A stretch of DNA of 51,700 bases from Candidatus Woesearchaeota archaeon. Lineage in GTDB: Archaea; Nanobdellota; Nanobdellia; Woesearchaeales; JAAOYA01. The stretch covers positions 1 through 51,700 of the forward strand of contig JAAOYA010000002.1 of assembly GCA_018221105.1 (NCBI GenBank). Direction: 5' to 3'. Positions 30,334-40,900 of the stretch are shown one piece after another. A program made the position numbers and the translations under genes. Every line of letters begins with the position of its first letter. Positions within the stretch are counted from its first letter, which is position 1. A model generated the notes under the pieces. That model was not told the origin of the DNA and did not search any database. It saw only the letters and a program-made list of their open reading frames with translations.

Positions 30334-32284
30334 TTTTTAAATTGTATAATTTGTGAAATCTTTTTACAGCATTAATAAAATACTTGTTTTGGACTTTTTG
30401 ACTTGTGACAGCTTTGTACATTGATAAATAAGTGTTTTTTACTTCAAAAAACTTGTCATTTAAAAAATCAATTTGCAACAATGTCATTGATTCAAACAAG
30501 CCATCAAAACTAGTCACGGGCTTTATAGCATCAAATAACTTGAATTTTTTTTGCGGTTTTTTAAGCTTTAAAGTTTTATAAAACAAGTTTTTACCCTCGT
30601 AAAGCATTGAAAGAACAACATTATTTGTTAGTTTATCAGGTGAGAATTCTAATTCTGCAATATCTAAAAACAAGCTTTTGAGTATTTCTTTAAGCCCATA
30701 ATCAATTGTCGAATCAATAATTGCACGATGTGTTTCTTTTGCAGTCAAAGCTTTAGGAGTTTTCAAAAGTAATTGTAAGTATGCATTCATAGTGTTTGAA
30801 AGTTTGCCAAAAGCAATAGTTGGTTTTAGTGTTGGTAAGTCTTCTTCTAGACTTTCAAGTTCTTCAATTAATAGTTCTTGTTTGAACCATAGTTTTCGAA
30901 GAGGTTTTTTAATAGTGCGCTTTAATTTGCGCCACCACCTTTTCAAATCTTTTCTGTGTTTTCGAGCTTCATAAGTGCTCCACGCTAATAACAACAATAA
31001 AAGTAACAATACTACTATCTTGCCAAAATCAATAAAACGCGAAGCAGGACTTTCTTCATATGGACAGGTTCTATCGCATACACTACCACAGTCAATACCT
31101 TGTTCTCCGTAATTTTGCAATCCATCATAACAATGTTTTTTATCACTGCATGGCAAGCAAATACCGCCACAATCAATACTTGTTTCGTCTTGGTTTTTTA
31201 CTCCGTCAAAGCAAGTTCCTAAATCAATACATGTTTGGCATGGCCCGCCACAATCAACGCCAACTTCGCCCTGATTTTTTACTCTGTCAAAGCAAGTTGC
31301 AGTGTAATTACAATTTTGTGTTAAATCAGGTCTAAGCAGTGCGCTATCACAATTGTTCTCATCAAAACATTCTCTTATTTGAAAACTTTGAGGCAAGCAT
31401 TCAGTCCAATTGCCACAATCCCATTCAGGCAAACAACTAATAGGTCTTGCACCACCAGGAATACCGCTAGCGTCATCATCATCATCGCCACTAGGCCCTG
31501 GAGGTGGTGTTGGAGGTGGAGGCGGTACTACTTGTGTTACTTCTAAACGCACAAGGTTGCTCTGCCCGCTAGCATTATAAATATCCAAAGCATAAAAATA
31601 GATTAGTTCAATACCATAAAATCCTGGTGCAGGAGTTATTGTAACAATGCCACCGCCAGAAATTTGAATATTAATATTCGGGTTAAACGTAGAAGTATAA
31701 GTTAGAGCGTCACCGTCAGGATCTGCAAAGTATAAATCCAAGTCATATGGTACTAGTATTGTGTCTTGAGACCAAGAACTATTAGGAATTGGCGCTACTA
31801 AGTAAGGCGGGTGGTTGCCACTGCTATTTATCAAAATGTTAAAAGTTTGCGTGAATTGATTGTTTGAGCAGAAACTGCTATCTTGTGCGGTGACATTATA
31901 AGTGTGATTTCCAAGGCTGGTAAAATTAAAACTATTAACGTAGACTCCTCCTGTGCTATTAACACTAAAAGGCGTTGCATTACCATTAAAAACAGAACTA
32001 AAACTAACGTTTTGATTCCAATCGCTGGAATTTCCAAAAAACTGACAAGTTAGCGACATATTTTCAAAAGCAAAAGTAGGACAGTTAGTGCCTGTGATGT
32101 TGGGTTGTGTGTTGATACAAATACCAACACCAAAAGTTGCACTAGGACTTTTGCCAGTGATTTTAGTAGTAAAAAAACCTGTTAGAAATTTATCAGATAA
32201 CAAAAAAACATTAGCTGTTATAATGCTTAGTAAAACTACTGTTATCACTAACAAAATCAGGGCTTTTGCTGTTTTTTTGTGCAT
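30317..32284 (-). CDS. Single-pass surface protein: ITG motif, Ig-like domains, Pro/Asp linker, Cys-rich repeats, TM, helical cytoplasmic tail
   Basis: Domain succession visible in translation; overlaps next gene by 17 nt. Confidence 0.8.
   Translation of the reverse strand: MHKKTAKALILLVITVVLLSIITANVFLLSDKFLTGFFTTKITGKSPSATFGVGICINTQPNITGTNCPTFAFENMSLTCQFFGNSSDWNQNVSFSSVFNGNATPFSVNSTGGVYVNSFNFTSLGNHTYNVTAQDSSFCSNNQFTQTFNILINSSGNHPPYLVAPIPNSSWSQDTILVPYDLDLYFADPDGDALTYTSTFNPNINIQISGGGIVTITPAPGFYGIELIYFYALDIYNASGQSNLVRLEVTQVVPPPPPTPPPGPSGDDDDDASGIPGGARPISCLPEWDCGNWTECLPQSFQIRECFDENNCDSALLRPDLTQNCNYTATCFDRVKNQGEVGVDCGGPCQTCIDLGTCFDGVKNQDETSIDCGGICLPCSDKKHCYDGLQNYGEQGIDCGSVCDRTCPYEESPASRFIDFGKIVVLLLLLLLLAWSTYEARKHRKDLKRWWRKLKRTIKKPLRKLWFKQELLIEELESLEEDLPTLKPTIAFGKLSNTMNAYLQLLLKTPKALTAKETHRAIIDSTIDYGLKEILKSLFLDIAELEFSPDKLTNNVVLSMLYEGKNLFYKTLKLKKPQKKFKLFDAIKPVTSFDGLFESMTLLQIDFLNDKFFEVKNTYLSMYKAVTSQKVQNKYFINAVKRFHKLYNLKNVNKK
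31060..31300 (-). repeat. Three tandem Cys-rich repeats C(F/Y)DxxxNxxExxxDCGxxC
   Basis: CFDRVKNQGEVGVDCGGPC, CFDGVKNQDETSIDCGGIC, CYDGLQNYGEQGIDCGSVC. Confidence 0.9.
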
Positions 32285-32345
32285 TAAACATTAAACTGTG
32301 AAGAATGGTTAATAAAGTTTTTCGTAAAGATTACAAAAAAACACA

Positions 32346-32885
32346 CTATTTAACTCTCTTTTTGGCTTTTTTTAAAAGATAAAACTTTACAATTATTGTT
32401 ATGAGCGCTAATAATGTGACAATACTTGTTATAATAATAAGGTTTTTTGAAGGCTTGGATGATTCTGATTCTACTACTATTACTGGAAAGGTTTTCTCTA
32501 TTGCTCCAACAATTTGAATGTTGTCAGAGCTTGCTTGTTCTATAACAGGAGAGAACAGTATTTTAACTTGGTACATTGTTCCAATAGAGGTTTTTTTCGG
32601 AATTGATACCAGCAGGTTAACAGGTAACCCTTTAGTTTTTGCGTTAACAGTATATTGAGTTATATCGTCAATTAATCGTGCAATACTAGGATCACTGTTT
32701 AAACTGGCGATGACTGTTATGTTATCATTTCCTACCATGTTTTGCAAATGCAAAATCACTTCTTGATTTTGCCCGGGTGACAATTCTAAAGGTCTAGTAT
32801 CCCAGTAAGGTGCTGAAACACCAAAAGCAAAACTACTAGTGGCTAACAACACTAAGATAATTGCAAATAATAAAATTTGTTTCAT
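32346..32885 (-). CDS. Small exported Ig-like protein with C-terminal TM anchor (DUF916-like), paralogue 2
   Basis: Signal peptide, FGVSAPYWDTRPLELSPGQNQEVILHLQN, C-terminal TM and Lys-rich tail. Confidence 0.75.
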   Translation of the reverse strand: MKQILLFAIILVLLATSSFAFGVSAPYWDTRPLELSPGQNQEVILHLQNMVGNDNITVIASLNSDPSIARLIDDITQYTVNAKTKGLPVNLLVSIPKKTSIGTMYQVKILFSPVIEQASSDNIQIVGAIEKTFPVIVVESESSKPSKNLIIITSIVTLLALITIIVKFYLLKKAKKRVK

Positions 32886-32911
32886 ATTAAAATAATAAAA
32901 GAATTAGTTTA

Positions 32912-33454
32912 TTATTTTTTCTTTTTTTTGGTATAATACCAGTATGCTACTATGATAAGCAGCAAGATTAATAGCAACCATAACAAACTGGTTGGAAAAC
33001 CTTGTTCTACCTGACTTATTTCTACTTCTGCAGGTCTTTCAACTACTTTTATTGGTAATAATCTTTGAGCTCCAGTAGCTATTTGAATACCGCCGCCATC
33101 AGCTGAAGTGTCAGGGGAGAATTTTACCTCTACTGCGTATTCGCCGCCAACAGCGCCACCTTCAGGTATTGTGATGATCATTGGAACGTTAACTTTTGCT
33201 CCTGCTGGAACTGTATAAGTTGGATTTCTGTCTTTTAGAGTTGCAATATCTTCTCCTGTTACAATCTCAGCTGTAACAATCGCTTCTTGGTTTCCTATAA
33301 CATTATCAATAATCATAGAATACTCTAGTGTTTGACCAGGATATGCTTCTAGTGGGTAACCGCGAAAATATTTTGATGAAACACCAAAACCTAAAACTAG
33401 TGAACTGCAAAGTATTAACATTAAAAAAGTGATTGCCAAATTTTTACTTTTCAT
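32912..33454 (-). CDS. Small exported Ig-like protein with C-terminal TM anchor (DUF916-like), paralogue 1
   Basis: Signal peptide, FGVSSKYFRGYPLEAYPGQTLEYSMIIDN, TM + KKKKK; GAGGT SD. Confidence 0.75.
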   Translation of the reverse strand: MKSKNLAITFLMLILCSSLVLGFGVSSKYFRGYPLEAYPGQTLEYSMIIDNVIGNQEAIVTAEIVTGEDIATLKDRNPTYTVPAGAKVNVPMIITIPEGGAVGGEYAVEVKFSPDTSADGGGIQIATGAQRLLPIKVVERPAEVEISQVEQGFPTSLLWLLLILLLIIVAYWYYTKKKKK

Positions 33455-33474
33455 TTTTTACCTCTTTTTATAAT

Positions 33475-34368
33475 TTATACTTCGCCTGTTGCTACCCATT
33501 TGCCAAGAGCTAGAGTGCTATACTCTTGAGCTAATAGACCACTTTGTACTACTTCTAAACAATATGTTGTGTCATTGCTTGTTCCAACACCGCTTCCAGC
33601 ACCGCGCACAAGTTCAAAGTTTGGAACAACGTCAACACCAGTATCATTTACTAGTGATGCACCATTATTGCATGGTGTTGCATTGGTACTGGCGCTGAAG
33701 TTTTCTGCATAAATGTGATGTGCTGGATCGATTACGCCTGTTAAATCTAATGCTGAAATGCTCATGTTAACAATGTAATCATTTCCAATATTGTAAACTG
33801 TGATATTATTGTCTCCTGCGAAATCTGTTCCTCCTGCTTGAACACTGCTAAATGTTAAATTATTAGCGTTTGTTAAATTAATGTGCAAACTTGCAAGTAT
33901 ATTGAATGAGAAACTATTATTTGCGCTTTTATTATTACTATCGTCTAATACTGTTAAGTTTATCGTCCAAACTCCTGGCTCTGAATAAAAGACAATTCCT
34001 GGAATTGTACACGAGTAATTGCCGTCTTCTTGAGGGTCAGTGCAGTTTATTGGACCATAAGTAGTGCCTGATTTGTTAATTAGTGCTCTGCCACTATTAT
34101 TGTTTAGGTCTGGAATGCCGTTAGGGTCTGTTGCGTTAAACCAAAAAGTCAGGCTAGTATTATCGCCTGCTACTATTGACAAGTCAGCAACAGTTTCAAC
34201 ACCTGTAATAAATGGTGGGTCGTTAGTCATTGTGACTTGTACGCTAAAATTGTCAGCTGTTGCCATTCCAGTGATAGTATCCCACGCGTCGCCAAAAAAG
34301 CCAGCGTAAACAAAGGGGGCAACTGCTAAAAGTAGTATCATACAGACTAATAAAGGATTTTTCTTCAT
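33475..34368 (-). CDS. Secreted beta-rich protein without anchor; candidate major filament subunit
   Basis: Start MKKNP at 34368; signal peptide ...PFVYA, then ITG motif; 4 Cys in mature part; homologous to the C-terminus of 34438..37956. Confidence 0.75.
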   Translation of the reverse strand: MKKNPLLVCMILLLAVAPFVYAGFFGDAWDTITGMATADNFSVQVTMTNDPPFITGVETVADLSIVAGDNTSLTFWFNATDPNGIPDLNNNSGRALINKSGTTYGPINCTDPQEDGNYSCTIPGIVFYSEPGVWTINLTVLDDSNNKSANNSFSFNILASLHINLTNANNLTFSSVQAGGTDFAGDNNITVYNIGNDYIVNMSISALDLTGVIDPAHHIYAENFSASTNATPCNNGASLVNDTGVDVVPNFELVRGAGSGVGTSNDTTYCLEVVQSGLLAQEYSTLALGKWVATGEV

Positions 34369-34392
34369 TATCAAATGATTACTGCGACTACT

Positions 34393-34404
34393 CATATATA
34401 AATA
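34393..34404 (-). promoter_or_regulatory. Internal TATA box for the 33475..34368 gene
   Basis: Minus strand TATTTATATATG ~25-35 nt upstream of ATG 34368, leaderless spacing. Confidence 0.6.
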
Positions 34405-34437
34405 TTTCCCTCATTTTTAGTCGATGTTTTTAAACTA

Positions 34438-37400
34438 TTAGCTTACAATGACATACCATGGCCTGCCAGTTGTTGTCGTATAAGTTTGTGATTGAATGCC
34501 TGAAGGTAGTTCAGTTAAGCATAAAGCCAGGTCTTGAATTCCTTCATTATTGGTGTTATTGCCTTTACTAATTGTCAAACCAGTGATTGTAACATCAGTA
34601 TTATTTAACAATTTGTCACCGCTGCAACCATTACCTGTGTAGTTAATGCTGAAGTTTTCAGCATATATATATTGTGTTGTAATAGTTTGACCTTGCAATT
34701 CACTAGCATTCATGACCACTGTCAAAGGATCGTTTGCAATATTTTCAATAGTAATATTATTGTCTGCTGTGATATTTTTGCTTGTCACACTAACACTGAT
34801 AAACGTGACATCAGTAGTTGTGAGATTCATTGACGTTGTACTGTCTAAAGTAAAATTATTGATTAATGGATTTGACGCGTTGCCATTAACATCAGTTGCG
34901 ATGACTGTAATATCCCAATCGCCAGCTCCCTCAAAGTACCAAAGTCCAATAGTGCAACTATAATTTGCAGAGTAAGCACTGATGTTTTCAACAAATGAAC
35001 AACTAGCATTATAGCGAGTTGTTTCACTAGTCATATTAAAAGTAGCGTTAACAACAGAGATGTCTGTATAACTGTTATTATCAGTAATTAAAGCCCAGAA
35101 AGTCACGGGGGCGAGGCCCCCTTCAGTGACCGACTGGGTGGGAAGATCTTGAATGTTTGTAACAACAGGCAGGTAATCAGGTTCAATATCAAAGTACCAT
35201 GCATTGCTCTCGTTTATTATCCTGCCATCTGTTACATTACCCTTCCAATAATAACGACCAACTTGTAATTGGTATATGTTTTGAACTTCAGAAGCAGTAA
35301 GTGAACGATTCCAAATCGCTATATCATCAAGAGAACCATTAAAGGGCACTACATTGCCAGCTCTTTTTCCTATTATTATGTTTACACCATCATCAGGAGG
35401 ACACGCTGCTGACGGCGGTGTGGTATCACTTTGTTTTTGACCATCAATATACATTGTTAAATTAACAATAGCATCGTATGTTCCAACAAAATGATGCCAC
35501 TCGCCATCATTTAATGAATTGTCGCTTAAAATATCATTACTGCTTCCCCCTTCACAAGACCATGCAATTTTATCCGCACTACTCTGTATTATATAAAAAT
35601 GGTTTCCAATCCCTTTTTCTATAATAACTCTAGCACCTGAGTGAATCATTTTAAACCAAAGTGAAACACTACGCTCTTGACCAGCACCAGTAGCACTGTC
35701 AAGGCTTGCACTATTAGTTATGTTAAAATGATCATTAATTCCATCAAAATAGTAAGCCCCGCCAAACACACTGTCAGTATAATCAAGTGTTGGACAAGCA
35801 GTGGCTTCGCAAGTGCCATTATTTCCAATAGTTGTCCAATCATAGACATGCGTATCATTTTCTCCAACTGTTGAGTCATTGTCAAAGTGCATCAATACAA
35901 TCATGTCTTTATCAACAGAAAGTGGCATTGCGGTCAAGTTATACGTAAAAGCAGTATTGTTGACAAGGTTATCTTCTTGATATAATAATTTATAACGGGT
36001 AATATCGTACAAGCTTTTTATTTCTTGACTTGTTAGTGAACGATTCCAAATGGCGACTTCGTCAATGCTGCCATTAAAGCGCATGTTACCTAGAATCACT
36101 CTTTCACCGATGCGTAACCCATTACTGCCGCTGCTTATTATTGCTTCATCTGCTCTTGCAATTTTGTTAGATTCTTGAGCGTTAATGTATAATACATTAT
36201 GAGTGCCATTAAACAATCCTACAATATGGGTCCATTCATTTAGATTAATTGGTTCCGAGGACCAAATGCCTTTGTTGCCGCCACTGTCAGGAGCATTCCA
36301 GTTAATATAATTAGTAGTGTTCATTGTCATTACCCAAGGCCAAGGATTAAACCATCGATTAATAATCATAGAACCTGGGTATGTTCCTAAATCTATAGGG
36401 GATTTGGCTTTAATCCAAACAGAAATTGTAATTCTATCGCCGAGTTGATCATAACTTGCATCGTAGGGTACGTTTATGTAATTTGTTAGCCCGTCAAACT
36501 CGTAAGCGCCATTAAGCTTTCCGTTAACAAAAGTAGGACAGTTTGGAGTACAACTGCCATTATTGATTCCTAATGCTGAATCGTAAAAGTGCGTGTCGCT
36601 CTCGCCAAGACTTGAATCATTGTTTAAGTGCATTAAGAACACTAATCCTGTATCTAGGCTTGCGTTTATTTCGTCAGCATAATAACCGTAAAGTTTTCCT
36701 GTCAGACTGTCAGGGTCCGGGTCATCATCGTAAACTGTGGCGTTAAGTAATTGATAACGATTTTTTGTTTTACTAGCGTTTGGCGGACTGTTTAATGTTA
36801 TGCTTGGAGCAACATTATCATCAATAGTAAAAGTTCGCAGTTCAGTATTATTAATGTTTCCACTCTCGTCAATAACCCAAGCGCGAGCAGTATAACTGCC
36901 ATCACTCAAACCTGTAAAGTTGTTGTATAATCGCCAATCGCCTGCATTGTATGAAGCGTTAATTTCTTGCGGTGTTAGTGCGCGCTTAAATATCATTACT
37001 TCATCAATATCTCCAGCAAAGAGGTTTAAGGGATTGCCTTCGCTCCACCTGGAACCTATAGTGACCTGTTCTATATCATAGTAGTCAACGCTGAAAGTGC
37101 TTGTGTTTTCTAGTACGCCATCAACGAATAATTGGTGTGTTGTAATGTTTTTTGTAAGAACTAGGTGGTGCCATTGATTGTCATTTATATCGGCTGTTCC
37201 TGTTAGAGTATGAAGTGTGCCATCGTTTGCTCTTGTGAAGCCTTCTGCTTTTCCATTGTTGGTGTTTAATTGCATAAAGTCTTCTTGTCCAGCATCTTCG
37301 CTTTCAGAGTAAATGCCTTGTCTACTTGAGCTGGTTGTTTTTACCCATGCACTAACTGTGAGACTTGATTTGTTTGCTATTAGTTCTTGGGTTCCTATGT

Positions 37401-37956
37401 AGAGGTATTGGTTGATGCCGCTAAAGTTTAGAGCATTACCTCTAATACCTGTTGTTATGTCGCTTTGGCTTATTGTACCTGTGAAAGCAGCAAAATTATC
37501 GTACGTGCTGTTATCATGTACTCCTGTTGTGTTGGTACTTTCAAAGTTCCACCATCCTACAAGTGAACGATTCCAATCAATGAATGCTGAGTGGTTGTTA
37601 TCGTCGCTTGTTGTTACATTGATGTAGATGAAAGTGTTATTTACTTGTGTGTTGTTGAGCGGTGTTGAGCTGACAAAACTAATGCTTGGAGGCGTGGTAT
37701 CGCCGAGTGCTCCAGCCCCAGCGCCTATTATAGTATACCAAAAACCAATAAAATTCTTATAAAGAGTGCTAGTGATATTTTTTGAAATACCTCCTAAAAT
37801 AACATTAGTTTTAAAGCCAGAACTGGTAGTTTGGTAACCGCCACTACTAACATCGTAGATGTCCATTTGAAAAGCTGTTGTGCTGGTAAGACTAAAAACT
37901 AAGAACAAAATCATTGCGAGCGGCAAGCTCTTTTTTAACTCATTTTTTACTGTCAT
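34438..37956 (-). CDS. Secreted adhesin-like protein: three LamG/ConA-like domains in Ig scaffolds plus C-terminal subunit-like domain
   Basis: Signal peptide; three W(H/T)H...F(A/N)G.(I/L)D(E/D) LamG units; no C-terminal TM; ATGA overlap with giant gene. Confidence 0.88.
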   Translation of the reverse strand: MTVKNELKKSLPLAMILFLVFSLTSTTAFQMDIYDVSSGGYQTTSSGFKTNVILGGISKNITSTLYKNFIGFWYTIIGAGAGALGDTTPPSISFVSSTPLNNTQVNNTFIYINVTTSDDNNHSAFIDWNRSLVGWWNFESTNTTGVHDNSTYDNFAAFTGTISQSDITTGIRGNALNFSGINQYLYIGTQELIANKSSLTVSAWVKTTSSSRQGIYSESEDAGQEDFMQLNTNNGKAEGFTRANDGTLHTLTGTADINDNQWHHLVLTKNITTHQLFVDGVLENTSTFSVDYYDIEQVTIGSRWSEGNPLNLFAGDIDEVMIFKRALTPQEINASYNAGDWRLYNNFTGLSDGSYTARAWVIDESGNINNTELRTFTIDDNVAPSITLNSPPNASKTKNRYQLLNATVYDDDPDPDSLTGKLYGYYADEINASLDTGLVFLMHLNNDSSLGESDTHFYDSALGINNGSCTPNCPTFVNGKLNGAYEFDGLTNYINVPYDASYDQLGDRITISVWIKAKSPIDLGTYPGSMIINRWFNPWPWVMTMNTTNYINWNAPDSGGNKGIWSSEPINLNEWTHIVGLFNGTHNVLYINAQESNKIARADEAIISSGSNGLRIGERVILGNMRFNGSIDEVAIWNRSLTSQEIKSLYDITRYKLLYQEDNLVNNTAFTYNLTAMPLSVDKDMIVLMHFDNDSTVGENDTHVYDWTTIGNNGTCEATACPTLDYTDSVFGGAYYFDGINDHFNITNSASLDSATGAGQERSVSLWFKMIHSGARVIIEKGIGNHFYIIQSSADKIAWSCEGGSSNDILSDNSLNDGEWHHFVGTYDAIVNLTMYIDGQKQSDTTPPSAACPPDDGVNIIIGKRAGNVVPFNGSLDDIAIWNRSLTASEVQNIYQLQVGRYYWKGNVTDGRIINESNAWYFDIEPDYLPVVTNIQDLPTQSVTEGGLAPVTFWALITDNNSYTDISVVNATFNMTSETTRYNASCSFVENISAYSANYSCTIGLWYFEGAGDWDITVIATDVNGNASNPLINNFTLDSTTSMNLTTTDVTFISVSVTSKNITADNNITIENIANDPLTVVMNASELQGQTITTQYIYAENFSINYTGNGCSGDKLLNNTDVTITGLTISKGNNTNNEGIQDLALCLTELPSGIQSQTYTTTTGRPWYVIVS

Positions 37957-40900
37957 ATTTTTTTAATAGCCATGATATTGTTATTGTATAAATTTTGCAC
38001 TTGAGCAGAGCTCAATGATTGATTGTAAATTACTACTTCATCCATAGTACCATTAAAACGACGATCGGCCGCGCAAGACCCACTTTCCATCCCACAACCA
38101 ACGCCAAGATCTTGGGGTCTTGTATCTTGAGAAGTACCAGGGAGAATCATCGAGTCTACTTCTTGACCATCAATAAACATTATCATCCTTCTAGTGGCAT
38201 TATCAAGATGATATGTGCACATCACATGAGTCCAATTATTTAATTCTACAGGAGTATCATAATATATTATCCACCACGGAGACCCGTAAATGCCGCACAT
38301 CGGGTGTCCAGTGCTATTAAAGCCAACAAGCCACACCCACCGGCTTAAAAAATATGTTCCACCACTATCAAAATTTCTAGGGTTTACCCACGCTCCAGCA
38401 CTAAAGTTTGTATCTTCAAAAGTGAATTTGCTACCAGTATTACTAACCATTATATCATCGTCATCACCATCATATAATACTGCTTTATCAACACGCCCTT
38501 GGCTTGTGACAGTAGGACAAGTGCCACCGCTGCAACTGCCATTATCCAGGCCGTCACTAAAATCATAAAATAGTGTTGGACCTTCACCATAAGCACTGTC
38601 ATTGTTCAAGTGGAATAATAAAACAGTGTTTGAATCAGTTGCTATTTCTTGCAATACTGTTGTCCGAATTCTTATGTCTGAAGCTGCGCTATCAGCGGTG
38701 TTGACAAGTGCAATACTGTAAATGGTATCATTTTTTGCAATTCTTAAACTACTATTTTCTAAATTGCTAAAATTGCCGTGAACTGCTAGTGTTTGTGTTT
38801 CACTACCATTATAAACTCTTAAGCCAATATCGAAGTAGCAGTCAGTGTCATTTCCTACACCTCCATTATCGCCGCAACAAACAGTGCCATTCCACTCTCC
38901 ACCACTACCTTCACAAGTTGTTGATTGTGCAACATAAGATATTGTTCTCTCTTCTGTAGAATTGATGTTTCCGCCTGCGTCTATGGCCCAGGCTTTGTAG
39001 GTGTAATTTGTTTCTAATAATCCTGTGAAGTTGTTGTAAAGCCTCCAATCACCAGCGTTAAACGAAGCATTGATTTCTTGCGGTGTAAAAACCCTGTTAA
39101 ATATCATTACTTCGTCAATTAAACCTCCGAATGCGTATGTTCCATCATTGTAGCCTCCTATGTGCACATCGTAACTGTTCGTGTCTACTCCTTGGTCGTG
39201 GGTGTCTGTTCCTACTTGTACTCCATCAATATAAATATAAGAATTGGAGCCCGATGCTATTCCTACAACGTGGTGCCATTGATTATCATCAAGTGTTGCA
39301 CTAGAATAAACTTTTAGTCCTTCTGTATCTATACCGTCGTCAGCTAAGAAAATTAATGCTCCTTCTGTTCCATAACTTCCGCCTCCACCGCTTAAGCCTA
39401 ACCAATAATTTCTATCGCCTGCTAGTTTATTATCTTTTTCTATTATTGCCCTCCAACCGGTATCAGCAGGTGTTTTAATCCAAGCAGTTATTGTGAAATT
39501 ATCTGCAAGGCTTAGGCTTGAATCATCGCTAATATTTATGTAATCATCACTGCCGTCAAACTTTGCTGCATTACCCCTAATGCCTGATGTGATATTACTT
39601 TCAGATATTCCTCCTCCAAAATCACCGAAGTTACTATAAGTTGAGTTATCATATACACCAGTTGCGCTTGTGCTTTCAAAATTCCACCAGCCAACTAAAG
39701 TGTTGTTCCAATCTATGAATGCTGAGAAGTTGCTAGCGTCACTGGCACTGACGTTGACGTAAGCGTAATCAACACTTAACACTTCATCATTGTCAGGTGT
39801 TGGGCTGACAAAACCAATGCTTGGTTCTTGTGTGTCAACTGTGAAGAATATTTGTGAAGAGTTGGTGTTTCCCGCTGTGTCATTGACGTATACTGTGATG
39901 TTTTGCAGTCCTTGAACTGTATTGAGTGTGGTGTTTTGACAGCTTGCTAGATTGGTTGTTTGTCCTGTGCTATTAACATACCAGCAAGTGTCAAGATAAA
40001 TGTCTGATACTGTGTAATTAAGATCGATGCTTGCAATCCTATAAGTTGAATCGTTAACAGGAATTTGAATATTTAATGATGGAGTTGTTTGATCTACTGT
40101 CACAATTCTCTCTTCTGTAGAATTGATGTTTCCGCCAGCGTCAATTGCCCATGCTTTGTAGGTGTAATTTGTTTCTGCCAGGCTTGTGAAGTTGTTGTAC
40201 AATCTCCAATCACCGGCATTGTATGAAGCATTGATCTCTTCTGGTGTTAATAACCTGGTGAATATCATTACTTCATCAATTAATCCTTCAAAGTCTTGGT
40301 TGTTATCTCCTCGAAGACCAATTAGTAATGGTACTGTTAATGTGTCTACAGTATCGCCCCCACTTACTCCTGTAGCGTCAAGGTTTCCGTTAATGTATAT
40401 GTAAGCGTCGCCATCTTCATCGTTTACTGCACAAATTTGGTTCCACTTACCATCGTTTACTGCTGTGGTGCCTTCAACAGCATTAGCGCCGTTTATGACA
40501 AGTCTTGGATAATTAGTTGTAGCTCTTTGATCAATCCACCACGCTCTATTAGCTCCAGCGTCATCTCTTCCAATAATTCTAGCGTTGTATCCCGGGTCAG
40601 CTGTTGTTTTTATCCAAGAGCACACTGTGAAGTCTCCTGTGAACTTTAGTGCTGCTGGCGCGTCTGTCGTGCCAACTTGTATTTTTTCATTATTGTCAAC
40701 ACCATCGAACTCTATTGCATTTCCTCTAACACCAGCTGTTATGTTTGACTCTGTGATAACCGAGAAGCTTGCAAAATTGTTGTATGTTGAACTGTCATTA
40801 ACTCCTGTGGTGTTGTATTGTTCGAAGTTCCACCATCCAACAAGACTCCTATTCCAATCTATGAAAGCGCTGTGATTGCTAAAGTCGCTTGTGCTAACAT

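Noticed and set aside
26713..37956. Type IV pilus/archaellum or archaeosortase-dependent system
   Set aside because: No class III signal peptides, PilB/TadC homologues or clear PGF-CTERM motif seen
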